From the NCBI GenBank assembly GCA_001770205.1, contig MEQL01000010.1:1-55611 (forward strand): a stretch of 55,611 nucleotides of DNA, written 5' to 3'. Shown here one piece after another: positions 47,313 to 55,611 of the stretch. The position numbers and the translations under genes are program-made. The first letter of the stretch is position 1; each line of letters starts with the position of its first letter. The notes below the pieces were generated by a model. It saw only the letters and a list, made by a program, of their open reading frames with translations. It was not told where the DNA came from and ran no database searches. Origin of the DNA: Bdellovibrionales bacterium RIFOXYD12_FULL_39_22. Lineage in GTDB: Bacteria > Bdellovibrionota > Bacteriovoracia > Bacteriovoracales > Bacteriovoracaceae.

Positions 47313-48424
47313 TTAACCGCAAAAAAACCAACACCCCATTCCCGCACTTCAAAACCTTCTTGCCCATCTATTGATGCAATTTGGCGTTCACTAATAGGAT
47401 AATTCCAGCTCTCTGTCGGCCGTTGGGCAAATTTTCCTAGTTGCTGATTGCCGCTACTTTCTTTCGTTAAAATAATAAATAACAGCCTAGTTATTTTAGA
47501 TGGGACCGGAGTAATTGCGAATTCTGCAATCTTTTTTAGCTCTCTATCCACTTGCGGATAGACGCAGTATTCTTTTGAGGGTGGCATCTTAACCGACCAA
47601 TACTCTTTGAAATCATTTACCTCATTTTGTCTAAAATCTAAGCGATATAAAATCGATTCTAGTCTCGGCATTAACTCATTTCTCTCCACACAAAAACCTT
47701 TAATTGACTGCAGCGCTTCCATTCCTAGACGATAATCATAGAACATATAGGGATACTCTACGCCCTCTACTTTCAATCGCTGATTTTCTAAAAAACGCAA
47801 TTGATGGCCACTTTCAACTGCGGCCGGAATAGCGGCAAGTAGATTGGCATCTTCTGCAAATGTAATTTTAAAATTAATCTCTTGTCCTGGCCTCCCCGAA
47901 AAATAGACGTTAGGTTTGCCGGCCACAAAAGGGCCATGCCCAGGGTATGCCCCGCCATCAATGCCCCCACTATTCCATGCACCGGGATAGGAAAAGTTGT
48001 TATAGTTTCTATATCCGTAAGATGGCCACCAACCAGAACTTCCATCGTAATAAGAGGGCGGCCTTAGCATATTACATTCAATACAATCATTCATCCAAGA
48101 TGGCCTATAGGGAGATGGTGGCATCATCCAAGAAGTGTTGTTCATGTAACTAGGATATACTGAAGGATAAGGATAAAGCGGAGTCCCACCCATAGGAGCT
48201 CCGTAAGTACGCATTTGCGCCATGCAAAGAGTTCCGCAGGCACCAGGTATCATTCCAACTGAAAAAACTGTGCGCGCCGAAAATAATAGTAAAAATGTTA
48301 TCGAAAAAAATACCGCCAGATTCTTCCAGCTATACAACAAATAAGAAAATACTAAAACGACAAACGCTACAGTTTGAGATAAAATGCCAACGTCACTACC
48401 TACAAACAACGAAGGAAATATCAT
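47309..48424 (-). CDS. Exported hypothetical protein with a Y/P/G-rich linker and a KPxxY…EWG domain
   Basis: Hydrophobic N-terminus; low-complexity YPSVYPSY…; KPNVYF, YPYMFY, GFCV, DFKEYW, EVREWG as in a widespread uncharacterised family. Start uncertain. Confidence 0.7.
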   Translation of the reverse strand: MIFPSLFVGSDVGILSQTVAFVVLVFSYLLYSWKNLAVFFSITFLLLFSARTVFSVGMIPGACGTLCMAQMRTYGAPMGGTPLYPYPSVYPSYMNNTSWMMPPSPYRPSWMNDCIECNMLRPPSYYDGSSGWWPSYGYRNYNNFSYPGAWNSGGIDGGAYPGHGPFVAGKPNVYFSGRPGQEINFKITFAEDANLLAAIPAAVESGHQLRFLENQRLKVEGVEYPYMFYDYRLGMEALQSIKGFCVERNELMPRLESILYRLDFRQNEVNDFKEYWSVKMPPSKEYCVYPQVDRELKKIAEFAITPVPSKITRLLFIILTKESSGNQQLGKFAQRPTESWNYPISERQIASIDGQEGFEVREWGVGFFAVN

Positions 48425-48463
48425 AAAAAATTCTCCAATCTTTAATAACTACACCCCAACTCT

Positions 48464-49660
48464 CTATGTTGATTCTACCTCTAATTTTTTTTCTTTAAAA
48501 TTCAGGTAAAAACTATCAGTCACTTTTATGTCGTTGAATTGTGTTGCACTTATATTGGCAACAACAGGAATCCTACGCTCCACGGCCGCTAAAATAGGAT
48601 GGCCTAAAATATTTGAATCCCGAGTAAAAATTACCTTTTGCCTAAAATCAAGATTATAAATGTCCTCTACCAATGGCCTTTCCATTAAGTAGGCAAAATC
48701 TTCCACCTTTCCCTGAAAAACTCCGGTGCCAATAAAATAAGGTTCCGCACTTATCTTCATAAAAGAAGTTGGCAGCGAAAAATTCTCCTTTTTATTAATA
48801 ATTGTCGCAAGTTTAATATGTTTTTTTACAATATCACTCATCCAATTCTTGTTGGCGGTCATTGCCAAAAAATCCACAAAGTCTTGATCATGGCCATATC
48901 GTCTATGAAGTTTGCAAAAAAGATAAAAGTAGTGAAAAATAAAGTACCAATTTTTAAATGCCAAGGCCGTAGTACCACTCTCGTTAAATTTTTTACTTTT
49001 TCTGAAACAAAATGCCGACCATTCTACTTTCAAACTTCCCCATAAAGAGCGTGATTTCTTCCATTGATCACGCTGCACTAAAATTTTGGCCACCAGGTCG
49101 TTGGTAAAAATGGTCTCTACCATCTGCTCAGGGATTTTTACTGCTTGAAAAAGATAAATCTCATTACAAGAAAGTCCCATTTCCAATAGCATGTATTCAC
49201 CAGAACTCTTAAAGTGTTTATTCCATAAAATAAAAAATTCACGCACCCATTCAATATGTGGAAGTTCTCCAACCTGCGTATAATCAGTTAACACTATATG
49301 GCCATTTGGATGGTTAATATAAAAAAAATTACCAACTGCCAAAATTGTTAAGTGATACTCATAGGCAATCTGCTTTTGCAAAATAATTTCTGCCACCTGA
49401 GACTGTCCGGCCACTTTTATCTGTGCCGTCTCATAACTATCTCTAGTTTTTATGTCCTTAACACTAATGCTTTTTCCTGATAATAGTTGATTAGCAGACC
49501 CCTCACCAACAAGTGCTGAACGCAAAATACAAGTATGTTGGGCCAAAAATTTATTCAGCATTGACTCATCTGAACTTTGTAAAAAAGGAGGGATAAATTT
49601 AAACAAAATTGCATCCTCAGATAATTGCTTTATTATTTTGAATTTCTCACTAGAATGCAT
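48464..49660 (-). CDS. Miniaturised, highly divergent PEP-utilising-like protein (copy 3)
   Basis: LRSA…EGS…LSG, ILQKQI and LEMG…IYLFQA align with the ATP-binding motifs; C-terminal SNILGHPILAAVERRIPVV aligns with the His-swivel motif. Confidence 0.6.
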   Translation of the reverse strand: MHSSEKFKIIKQLSEDAILFKFIPPFLQSSDESMLNKFLAQHTCILRSALVGEGSANQLLSGKSISVKDIKTRDSYETAQIKVAGQSQVAEIILQKQIAYEYHLTILAVGNFFYINHPNGHIVLTDYTQVGELPHIEWVREFFILWNKHFKSSGEYMLLEMGLSCNEIYLFQAVKIPEQMVETIFTNDLVAKILVQRDQWKKSRSLWGSLKVEWSAFCFRKSKKFNESGTTALAFKNWYFIFHYFYLFCKLHRRYGHDQDFVDFLAMTANKNWMSDIVKKHIKLATIINKKENFSLPTSFMKISAEPYFIGTGVFQGKVEDFAYLMERPLVEDIYNLDFRQKVIFTRDSNILGHPILAAVERRIPVVANISATQFNDIKVTDSFYLNFKEKKLEVEST

Positions 49661-49708
49661 ATATAATATATTCTAAATCCTCGTGAGTTCTTTTTCAAGG
49701 AGTGATAA

Positions 49709-50788
49709 ATGAGAGTACTTTTTTTTACTTTTTCTCTTATAATCTCTTTCTTATTGGCGGCCGAATCTACCTCAAATACTCTTCTTTCACAAATTGGCCC
49801 AGTACTAACGCCTCCTGTGGAATACAACGGACAAATCTATTTTATGGCCACCACGGGAGTGCTCTATAAGGCAGATTACGCTCTAGCTAAGGCAGAAAAA
49901 GTTTTTCAAACAGAAAAAAGCTCTATAGCTCCGATTTTAATTGATGAATCAGTTGCCTATCTCGGTGAAGGCATTCATGAAGATATTAAAACCAATTTTT
50001 ACGCTTTCGATTTACAAAAAGAGAAAATTAAATTTCAACTTTCCATTCAAGGACACATAGAACGTGCTCCGCTAATTACCGAGCATGCAATATATCTAGG
50101 CCTAGGCCCAGGAGGCATAATGGCCTTAGATAAAAAAAATGGTCGGGAAATTTGGAGAATAGAAAAAATCAAACAAGGCAAACTTCATGTTGATGCTCGG
50201 CCAGTTGTTTACAACGAAGATATCTGCTTTCCATCTATTTATGAATTTAAAGGCATTGTCTGTCTGAATCATAAAAATGGGAAACCTGCTTTTTTTCTTG
50301 AACTAGGAAAAAGTCCTAAATCCCAAGTGGTTCTATCAGGGAAACGACTTGTTGGAATGGCCATGGAGGCCAACATGATAGAAACGAAGTGGGAATCGCC
50401 TGCTGCCCTTTATGTAATAAACCTGGCCAGCAAAAAAAAGGAAATTGAAATCGATTTACGCGGATATAGTTTTAGTGCGCCTCTACTGCTAAACGACGAA
50501 GAGGCCTTCGTGGCCCTTTCGACAGGCGATCTTCTCTTAATACAATTGAGTGACGGTAAAATTTCCTACATCGGTGAAATGCAAGGACCAATAACATCCA
50601 ATCCTTTTTTCAAAGATGGTGCCTATTGTGCGATTAGTATTATGGGCCGTCTGGCCTGTTTTACCCGATTAAAAGAAAAATTTGAGCTGATACGTGATCA
50701 AAGTTTAGTTCAAAATATTATTGGAGAAATAGGATATATCAACGATAAATTTTATGCTCCCTCTCGAATGGGATATCTACTTTTTTAG
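49709..50788 (+). CDS. Exported PQQ-type beta-propeller protein (BamB-like)
   Basis: Signal peptide; repeats such as IMALDKKNGREIW, FYAFDL, CLNHKNGK. Confidence 0.75.
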   Translation: MRVLFFTFSLIISFLLAAESTSNTLLSQIGPVLTPPVEYNGQIYFMATTGVLYKADYALAKAEKVFQTEKSSIAPILIDESVAYLGEGIHEDIKTNFYAFDLQKEKIKFQLSIQGHIERAPLITEHAIYLGLGPGGIMALDKKNGREIWRIEKIKQGKLHVDARPVVYNEDICFPSIYEFKGIVCLNHKNGKPAFFLELGKSPKSQVVLSGKRLVGMAMEANMIETKWESPAALYVINLASKKKEIEIDLRGYSFSAPLLLNDEEAFVALSTGDLLLIQLSDGKISYIGEMQGPITSNPFFKDGAYCAISIMGRLACFTRLKEKFELIRDQSLVQNIIGEIGYINDKFYAPSRMGYLLF

Positions 50789-50798
50789 GAAGTAATCT

Positions 50799-51116
50799 AT
50801 GAAAATATTAATTATTTTATTCTCTCTTTTAACCGTAAACGCCCACGCTAAAAAAATCACCTCCTCGACCCTTCAAGGAAAAGTTTTAGCACAAAATTGT
50901 AATGGCCCAGCACAAATTTGGATCTCACAAAAAAGCACTCTTTTATATCAAGCAGAGGCCCCACTAAATGCCACTTTTGAATTTCATCTACTTCCGGGAG
51001 AATATGAAATCGTTGGTAACACAATTGATAATTGTCTGGCCAAACAGACCTTTACTATTGCCAAAGATGAAATAAAAAAAATAACACTCGAGCTACTAAA
51101 AAAAGCTGGCCTGTGA
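50799..51116 (+). CDS. Small exported protein, carboxypeptidase-regulatory/prealbumin-like beta-sandwich
   Basis: Signal peptide ending AHA; LQGKV, FEFHLLPGEYEI; two Cys. Confidence 0.6.
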   Translation: MKILIILFSLLTVNAHAKKITSSTLQGKVLAQNCNGPAQIWISQKSTLLYQAEAPLNATFEFHLLPGEYEIVGNTIDNCLAKQTFTIAKDEIKKITLELLKKAGL

Positions 51117-51117
51117 A

Positions 51118-52800
51118 ATGTACTCTCACAAAAATGTTTCTCGTGAAGTTAGTGAGACTCCTAAACTAATTGCTTTTGTTGGATCTGATTTTTATTGCTG
51201 GAAAAGTATTAAGAAATTATATAAACGCAACTATCCACATATTGATTTTGAATTTAACCATATCAATCTTCCCTCTCCACAACAAAAGATCAAAACACTT
51301 ATTCATGCACTATCATTAAAAAAATATCAAATTATCTATTTAGAATATAGTGAAAATATTCCCGAGATGCTCCGCCTGGCCAACAATATCCGGCGCGCCC
51401 CAGAGACGGCGGAAGCTGTTGTCGTGGCGCTCTTTGAAGAACTAGGTACTCTTTCGGCCAAACAAACTCTTGCCATTAATTTATCATTTGGTATCTATCT
51501 GAACTTTAGTAAAAATGACGATGTAACCAGTGTAGCTACACATCCAATGGCCATTGCCTTCCCAAACATTAATATCGATACTGGATATAAGATTGTTCGA
51601 ACAGAACTACCGACCGAGGCAGTAACTATTTTTAAAATCGGCTACTATTCTGAAAACTATCTCCACTTAGAGTGTGACTATGATTTTAAAGAGGGCCTCT
51701 GCGTAAAGCTAAAAACTACAACTGAAAGCACCATTCCCATAACTAACCACTTTATTGTACGTAGAAAACGCGACTTCAATTTGTATAGTAATTTCAAATA
51801 CGCTTATGATTTTGAATATGATAATTCTTTGCACGGACAACTAAGCAAGTTGGACGCTAAAATTTTACATTTAGAGCAAAAGCTCTCGGCCAATCCTCAT
51901 GATTTAAATATAAAATATGATCTAAGTGATGCTAAATGCCTACGAGTTTCTGTTTATGAGCTATCTCAGAGCGAATTACAAGAGCGAGATGCCAGCATTA
52001 AAGAATTTATTAAACTAAATATGCCCAACTCTGTATCAAAGAAAACGCGTTTGTTAATCTTTGATAATAAAATGCGTTTTCTTTTCAGTGAACCTGGACA
52101 TATGGATGAATTTCCTTTTTCCTGTCGCTATTTGGCAAATCCAGTTATTGGAGAAAGTTGCATTTTTCGGCGAACCGATCCTAGTGTGGTGGCAATCCAA
52201 CTTGATGAAGTAAATATTTCACAAACAACAGTTAGTGAAATGATTTTGCAAATCAAATCCAACATGCAGAAACAACCGTTTATTATTATATTTAATAGTC
52301 TTGAATGCTCAGATAACTTGCAAAAAAAATTTTCCTACAACTCAATTTTGGCCACCGAAAGTGATTTAAATTTTGAATTTATTAAACAGGCCATGCAAAT
52401 CTTCGAGCATAAAATGGGCAAGCAAGTAACCGCTTTACATCCCATAAATCCTGATGCTGAACGACGCTTTTATGTTAGTAAATATGCACTGGCCAGTGAA
52501 GGATATTATAGTCATGCCATAACTATTCGCGCATTAAGTGTGACCGACATAATTTTTTCCTGCTCTGATAAAATTCCACTCAACACCTCTTTTTATATTA
52601 AATCACCAGTAAAAATGACTGTCACTATTACGAATCCACGAGAGGGAAAAAGAATGGTACCAGAAAATGGTGAATACTACGGCCTAATCAGTGGAGTGAC
52701 GGAGCAAGATACCGCTACTTTAAAAAATTACATACACGAATTAATGACGCACTATAATGAGAAAAAAAAATATACATTAAGATATCTACACCGTAATTAG
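51118..52800 (+). CDS. Hypothetical protein, possibly with degenerate receiver-like and PilZ-like segments
   Basis: 560-aa ORF; IIYLEY…LANNIRR…VVAL resembles a REC domain lacking Asp; IRALSVTDIIFS resembles PilZ. Domain calls are weak. Confidence 0.6.
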   Translation: MYSHKNVSREVSETPKLIAFVGSDFYCWKSIKKLYKRNYPHIDFEFNHINLPSPQQKIKTLIHALSLKKYQIIYLEYSENIPEMLRLANNIRRAPETAEAVVVALFEELGTLSAKQTLAINLSFGIYLNFSKNDDVTSVATHPMAIAFPNINIDTGYKIVRTELPTEAVTIFKIGYYSENYLHLECDYDFKEGLCVKLKTTTESTIPITNHFIVRRKRDFNLYSNFKYAYDFEYDNSLHGQLSKLDAKILHLEQKLSANPHDLNIKYDLSDAKCLRVSVYELSQSELQERDASIKEFIKLNMPNSVSKKTRLLIFDNKMRFLFSEPGHMDEFPFSCRYLANPVIGESCIFRRTDPSVVAIQLDEVNISQTTVSEMILQIKSNMQKQPFIIIFNSLECSDNLQKKFSYNSILATESDLNFEFIKQAMQIFEHKMGKQVTALHPINPDAERRFYVSKYALASEGYYSHAITIRALSVTDIIFSCSDKIPLNTSFYIKSPVKMTVTITNPREGKRMVPENGEYYGLISGVTEQDTATLKNYIHELMTHYNEKKKYTLRYLHRN

Positions 52801-52803
52801 ATC

Positions 52804-54636
52804 TCATAGACGAAATTGCTTAACATAGTTGGCCAATTGATCGGCCAGATGGGCCATCTCTTGTGTGGCATTGCGCACTTGTTCGGCACCTTGAGCAGTC
52901 TCTTGGGCCACTCGCCGCACCCCACCGATATTACTATTAATTTCTGCAATACCGGTTCCTGCTTCTTTAAGCGAGGCCAAAACTTCTTCTTCAATATTTT
53001 TTGCCAAATTATTTATAGTGCGCGAAACATTATCAGTTCCTTGGGCAGCCCCGGAGATAGAATTAGAGATATCGTGTGCCGTTGTAGTCTGTTGTTCCAT
53101 GGCCAGCGAAATATTTTTAGTTATCTCCCCAACCTCTTTATTCATTGTAGCAATTTTATTATTGGCATCCACCACTTTAGAGGTCTGTCTTTGAATCTGC
53201 TCAATTTGCTTTGCAATATTTTTGGTGGCATCACTGGTCTGTCTGGCCAAATCTTTTACTTCGTTAGCAACCACCGCAAATCCTCGTCCGGCCTCTCCGG
53301 CCCTTGCCGCCTCAATGGTGGCATTAATGGCCAAAAGATTGGTCTGTTCTGCGATAGCATTTATAACTTTAATAATATTTCCAATATCTTTAGCAGATTG
53401 ACTTAACGCTGCCATTTTAGAGTTCGCATCATCGCTGCTTTTAATGGATGCTTCCGCGAGATTTAGTGCTTTGCTACAACTGGCCGATACTTCCTGAATA
53501 GATGCAGATAACTGTTCCACCGCTCCGGCCACCGAACTAACACTACTGGCCATCTCTTCGGAGGCCGCTGCGATATCAGTGCTATTTTGTGACATATGTT
53601 TTGCCGCATCGGAGATAGTGTTTACATTAGCAAATACTTGTTCAGAAACGGTAGAGGCCACTGTCGCCTGATTGGTCAATTCATCTGCTCCAGAGGCCAT
53701 TTGCTCAGAAGTCGAGGAGAGACGAGAACTTTCTTGCAGCATTGAATTAGATGCTACTTTAATATCCGACACGATACTGCGAAGTCCGTTTATCATAAGA
53801 GCAAGGGAGCTATAAAGACTTCGCTTATCCGCTTTGGAGGTATCCATATAGACTGTCAAATTACCGGCCGCTATTTCGTTAGCAACTTCGGCCATATCCT
53901 TCGGCTCGCCACCTAAAAAAGTAACAATGTTACGCGCCACCAATAAAGATAAAAACATAGTTAAAATAAATAGTACCGTTGACAGTACTATTAAAATCCT
54001 AGTGGCGCTTTTTTCATGTGCCTCCGCGGCAGCAGAAGATGACTGTGAAAATCCCTCAACAACGTCGACTATCTTTTGTACAATTACGGCAAGCTCTTCT
54101 TTACCTTTTTCTATCTCCAAATAAAGATCACGAGCATCCATTGTATTTTGTTCTACAAGCATCTTAAAAAATTCTCGCCCCTGTTCATCAACAACGCTTT
54201 GCTTTTTTGTTAACTCCTCAATCCCTTGCAGAACTGATTTGAAAATTTCTGCTTTATTAAGATCGCTGGTGTTACGAAGAACCTCTTCCGAAGTCTGCTG
54301 TACAGCACGAATCTCTTTCTCCAAACCGGCCATCCCCTGTGCATAACTATCACTCGCTTTTTGTACATAGTCATTTATATTGAGAAGGCCTGCCGACATG
54401 GCCTTCTCAATCCAAATAGTTTGATCTAGCTGACGCGCTTCAATTTGCATTACCGCCTTTATAATCGGAATATTCTCTTTGGTAATCTCCTGTATGTCGT
54501 CCCCAATAGAGTTCATTTCTCGCAAGGTATATACGACTAGCGATAACATCACGCCTTGAATGGCCAAGGCCATACCGATAATTTTTGTACGAGTAGAAAC
54601 TGCGTTTAACGCAAAGTGAACTATTTTAGTCAGCAT
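52804..54636 (-). CDS. Methyl-accepting chemotaxis protein
   Basis: Two TM segments flanking a helical sensor; LGGEP HAMP-like; [37 protein letters not shown] hairpin. Confidence 0.95.
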   Translation of the reverse strand: MLTKIVHFALNAVSTRTKIIGMALAIQGVMLSLVVYTLREMNSIGDDIQEITKENIPIIKAVMQIEARQLDQTIWIEKAMSAGLLNINDYVQKASDSYAQGMAGLEKEIRAVQQTSEEVLRNTSDLNKAEIFKSVLQGIEELTKKQSVVDEQGREFFKMLVEQNTMDARDLYLEIEKGKEELAVIVQKIVDVVEGFSQSSSAAAEAHEKSATRILIVLSTVLFILTMFLSLLVARNIVTFLGGEPKDMAEVANEIAAGNLTVYMDTSKADKRSLYSSLALMINGLRSIVSDIKVASNSMLQESSRLSSTSEQMASGADELTNQATVASTVSEQVFANVNTISDAAKHMSQNSTDIAAASEEMASSVSSVAGAVEQLSASIQEVSASCSKALNLAEASIKSSDDANSKMAALSQSAKDIGNIIKVINAIAEQTNLLAINATIEAARAGEAGRGFAVVANEVKDLARQTSDATKNIAKQIEQIQRQTSKVVDANNKIATMNKEVGEITKNISLAMEQQTTTAHDISNSISGAAQGTDNVSRTINNLAKNIEEEVLASLKEAGTGIAEINSNIGGVRRVAQETAQGAEQVRNATQEMAHLADQLANYVKQFRL

Positions 54637-54681
54637 ATAAAAAAAATACCCTTAGGATATAAAATTTTAGCGAATTACTAT

Positions 54682-54719
54682 CCTTTAATAATTAAAGGCG
54701 ATTTATATTTTTTTGTCAA
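54682..54719 (-). promoter_or_regulatory. sigma70 promoter for the MCP (TTGACA-N17-TTTAAT) overlapped by the palindrome CCTTTAAT-A-ATTAAAGG
   Basis: -35 at 54719-54714, -10 at 54696-54691; perfect 8-bp inverted repeat at 54682-54698. Confidence 0.5.
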
Positions 54720-54776
54720 ACGGCCAAAAAATAAGTGTATGATTACAACTTAAACATCTTTTCAAGGAGGATTTTC

Positions 54777-55178
54777 GTGAAACTAGTAGTAGCAGTTTTT
54801 ATGGTATTAACTTTTTTTGGTGAAGTAGTTTTGGCCGATTCATGCGGTGAAATAAAAGGCGGCATAGTCACTGTACGTGATTCATTGATTAAAATGTTAA
54901 ACGATAAAAAATTACGGACTCCCGAACAAAAAAAACTGGTCAAAGACACCTCTGATCGAGTAACTATGCTAATCGATCAAATGACCTATCCAGCAGAGAA
55001 AAAGACCGACTATGAAAAAATTAAATCAGAATGGGCCATGTTCAAAAAAATCAGAGAAGAACAAGTCGTTCCATATATAGAAGCAGGCAGAGATGAGGAA
55101 GCAAAAAAGCTTGCTCAAGGCGAGCAGAAGGTCCGTCTAATGAATGTTATGAAGTGGTGCGGAGAGTTGAGGAAGTAG
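54777..55178 (+). CDS. Exported stand-alone four-helix-bundle (MCP sensor-like) protein
   Basis: AGGAGG RBS with GTG start; signal peptide ending VLA; EWAMFKKIREEQVVPYIEAGRDEEAKKLA pattern; Cys near both ends. Confidence 0.7.
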   Translation: MKLVVAVFMVLTFFGEVVLADSCGEIKGGIVTVRDSLIKMLNDKKLRTPEQKKLVKDTSDRVTMLIDQMTYPAEKKTDYEKIKSEWAMFKKIREEQVVPYIEAGRDEEAKKLAQGEQKVRLMNVMKWCGELRK

Positions 55179-55247
55179 CCTTTGGGCCAATTTGTTATAC
55201 ATTTGCCGGAGTGGAAACAAAAAAAATACTGTGCTCCGGCAATAATC

Positions 55248-55487
55248 TCAAAGATTAATATTCCAAACAAACATATCCGCAACACCACTAAACTCAAATA
55301 GTCGCAAGAAAGAGTTATCAGTTACGGTTAATTGATCTGCTGAATCTCCTATCACTGGCGCTACCGCAAAATCTCCAGGAATTGTTTTTGATCCCCAGGT
55401 GGATCCAGAAATATCAATATTTGCCGTAGCAATCACATCCTCCGCAGAGTTTTCATAAAAAACAAAACCACGACACTCTCCGGCCAT
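55248..55487 (-). CDS. Short hypothetical ORF, possibly a fragment of a longer disrupted gene
   Basis: The same frame runs to the window end except for one TGA at 55548-55550. Confidence 0.25.
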   Translation of the reverse strand: MAGECRGFVFYENSAEDVIATANIDISGSTWGSKTIPGDFAVAPVIGDSADQLTVTDNSFLRLFEFSGVADMFVWNINL

Positions 55488-55611
55488 AGAGCAAGTTACG
55501 TTAGAATTGGTAATATTTAGATTATATAGTGCGTAACGAAATAAATTTCAATTATAAATACAAGTATGCGTTATTGCATCTTTTAAAAATGCCATGGATT
55601 TTTTCACTATC

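Noticed and set aside
52816..53406. 196-aa plus-strand ORF and the many other 60-155 aa ORFs antisense to or nested in long genes
   Set aside because: Shadow ORFs of well-supported genes with no recognisable motifs
55248..55611. TGA read-through (Sec or recoding) at 55548-55550
   Set aside because: All other genes use TGA as a normal stop and no SECIS or homology support is visible; a gene fragment or chance open frame is more likely
1..55611. CRISPR arrays, tRNA/rRNA, IS elements, integrases, prophage or defence genes
   Set aside because: No spaced direct repeats, RNA-gene signatures or transposase/integrase motifs were seen by eye; intergenic gaps are short

Overview
AT-rich, very gene-dense bacterial window, probably from a Bdellovibrionota-like organism (inference from protein style, not proven). 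From left to right it holds four blocks. (1) An 11-gene complex I operon, nuoABCDHIJKLMN, with no nuoEFG (437-11100, minus). (2) A probably exported SelO/MchC-like pseudokinase with a CBM21-like domain, an MMPL/RND transporter and two exported hypothetical proteins (11.3-18.9 kb). (3) A ~27-31 kb lipid/amino-lipid biosynthetic locus built as two tightly coupled operons diverging from 33797-33954. It encodes a TamH-like transaminase/acyl-thioester reductase fusion, an SPT-like alpha-oxoamine synthase, a CerR-like reductase, a DAGK/ceramide-kinase-like enzyme, an SDR and its own PAPS supply (cysD, cysNC) with a sulfotransferase. It also encodes two full-length and one miniaturised PEP-utilising (PigC/RPH-type) enzymes, two TMK-like kinases, a ThiL-like kinase, a nucleotidyltransferase, a HAD, an ACAD pair, a radical SAM enzyme, a PLD with one degenerate HKD motif and an MFS. 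This locus is the best candidate for an undescribed system: a pathway to a sulfated/phosphorylated sphingolipid-like or fatty-amine-containing lipid. (4) Exported hypotheticals, an MCP and a stand-alone four-helix-bundle protein. GGCC is strongly over-represented in both blocks I counted and is conspicuous throughout. I saw no rRNA, tRNA, CRISPR array or mobile element. All calls come from motif reading by eye; no database searches were run.
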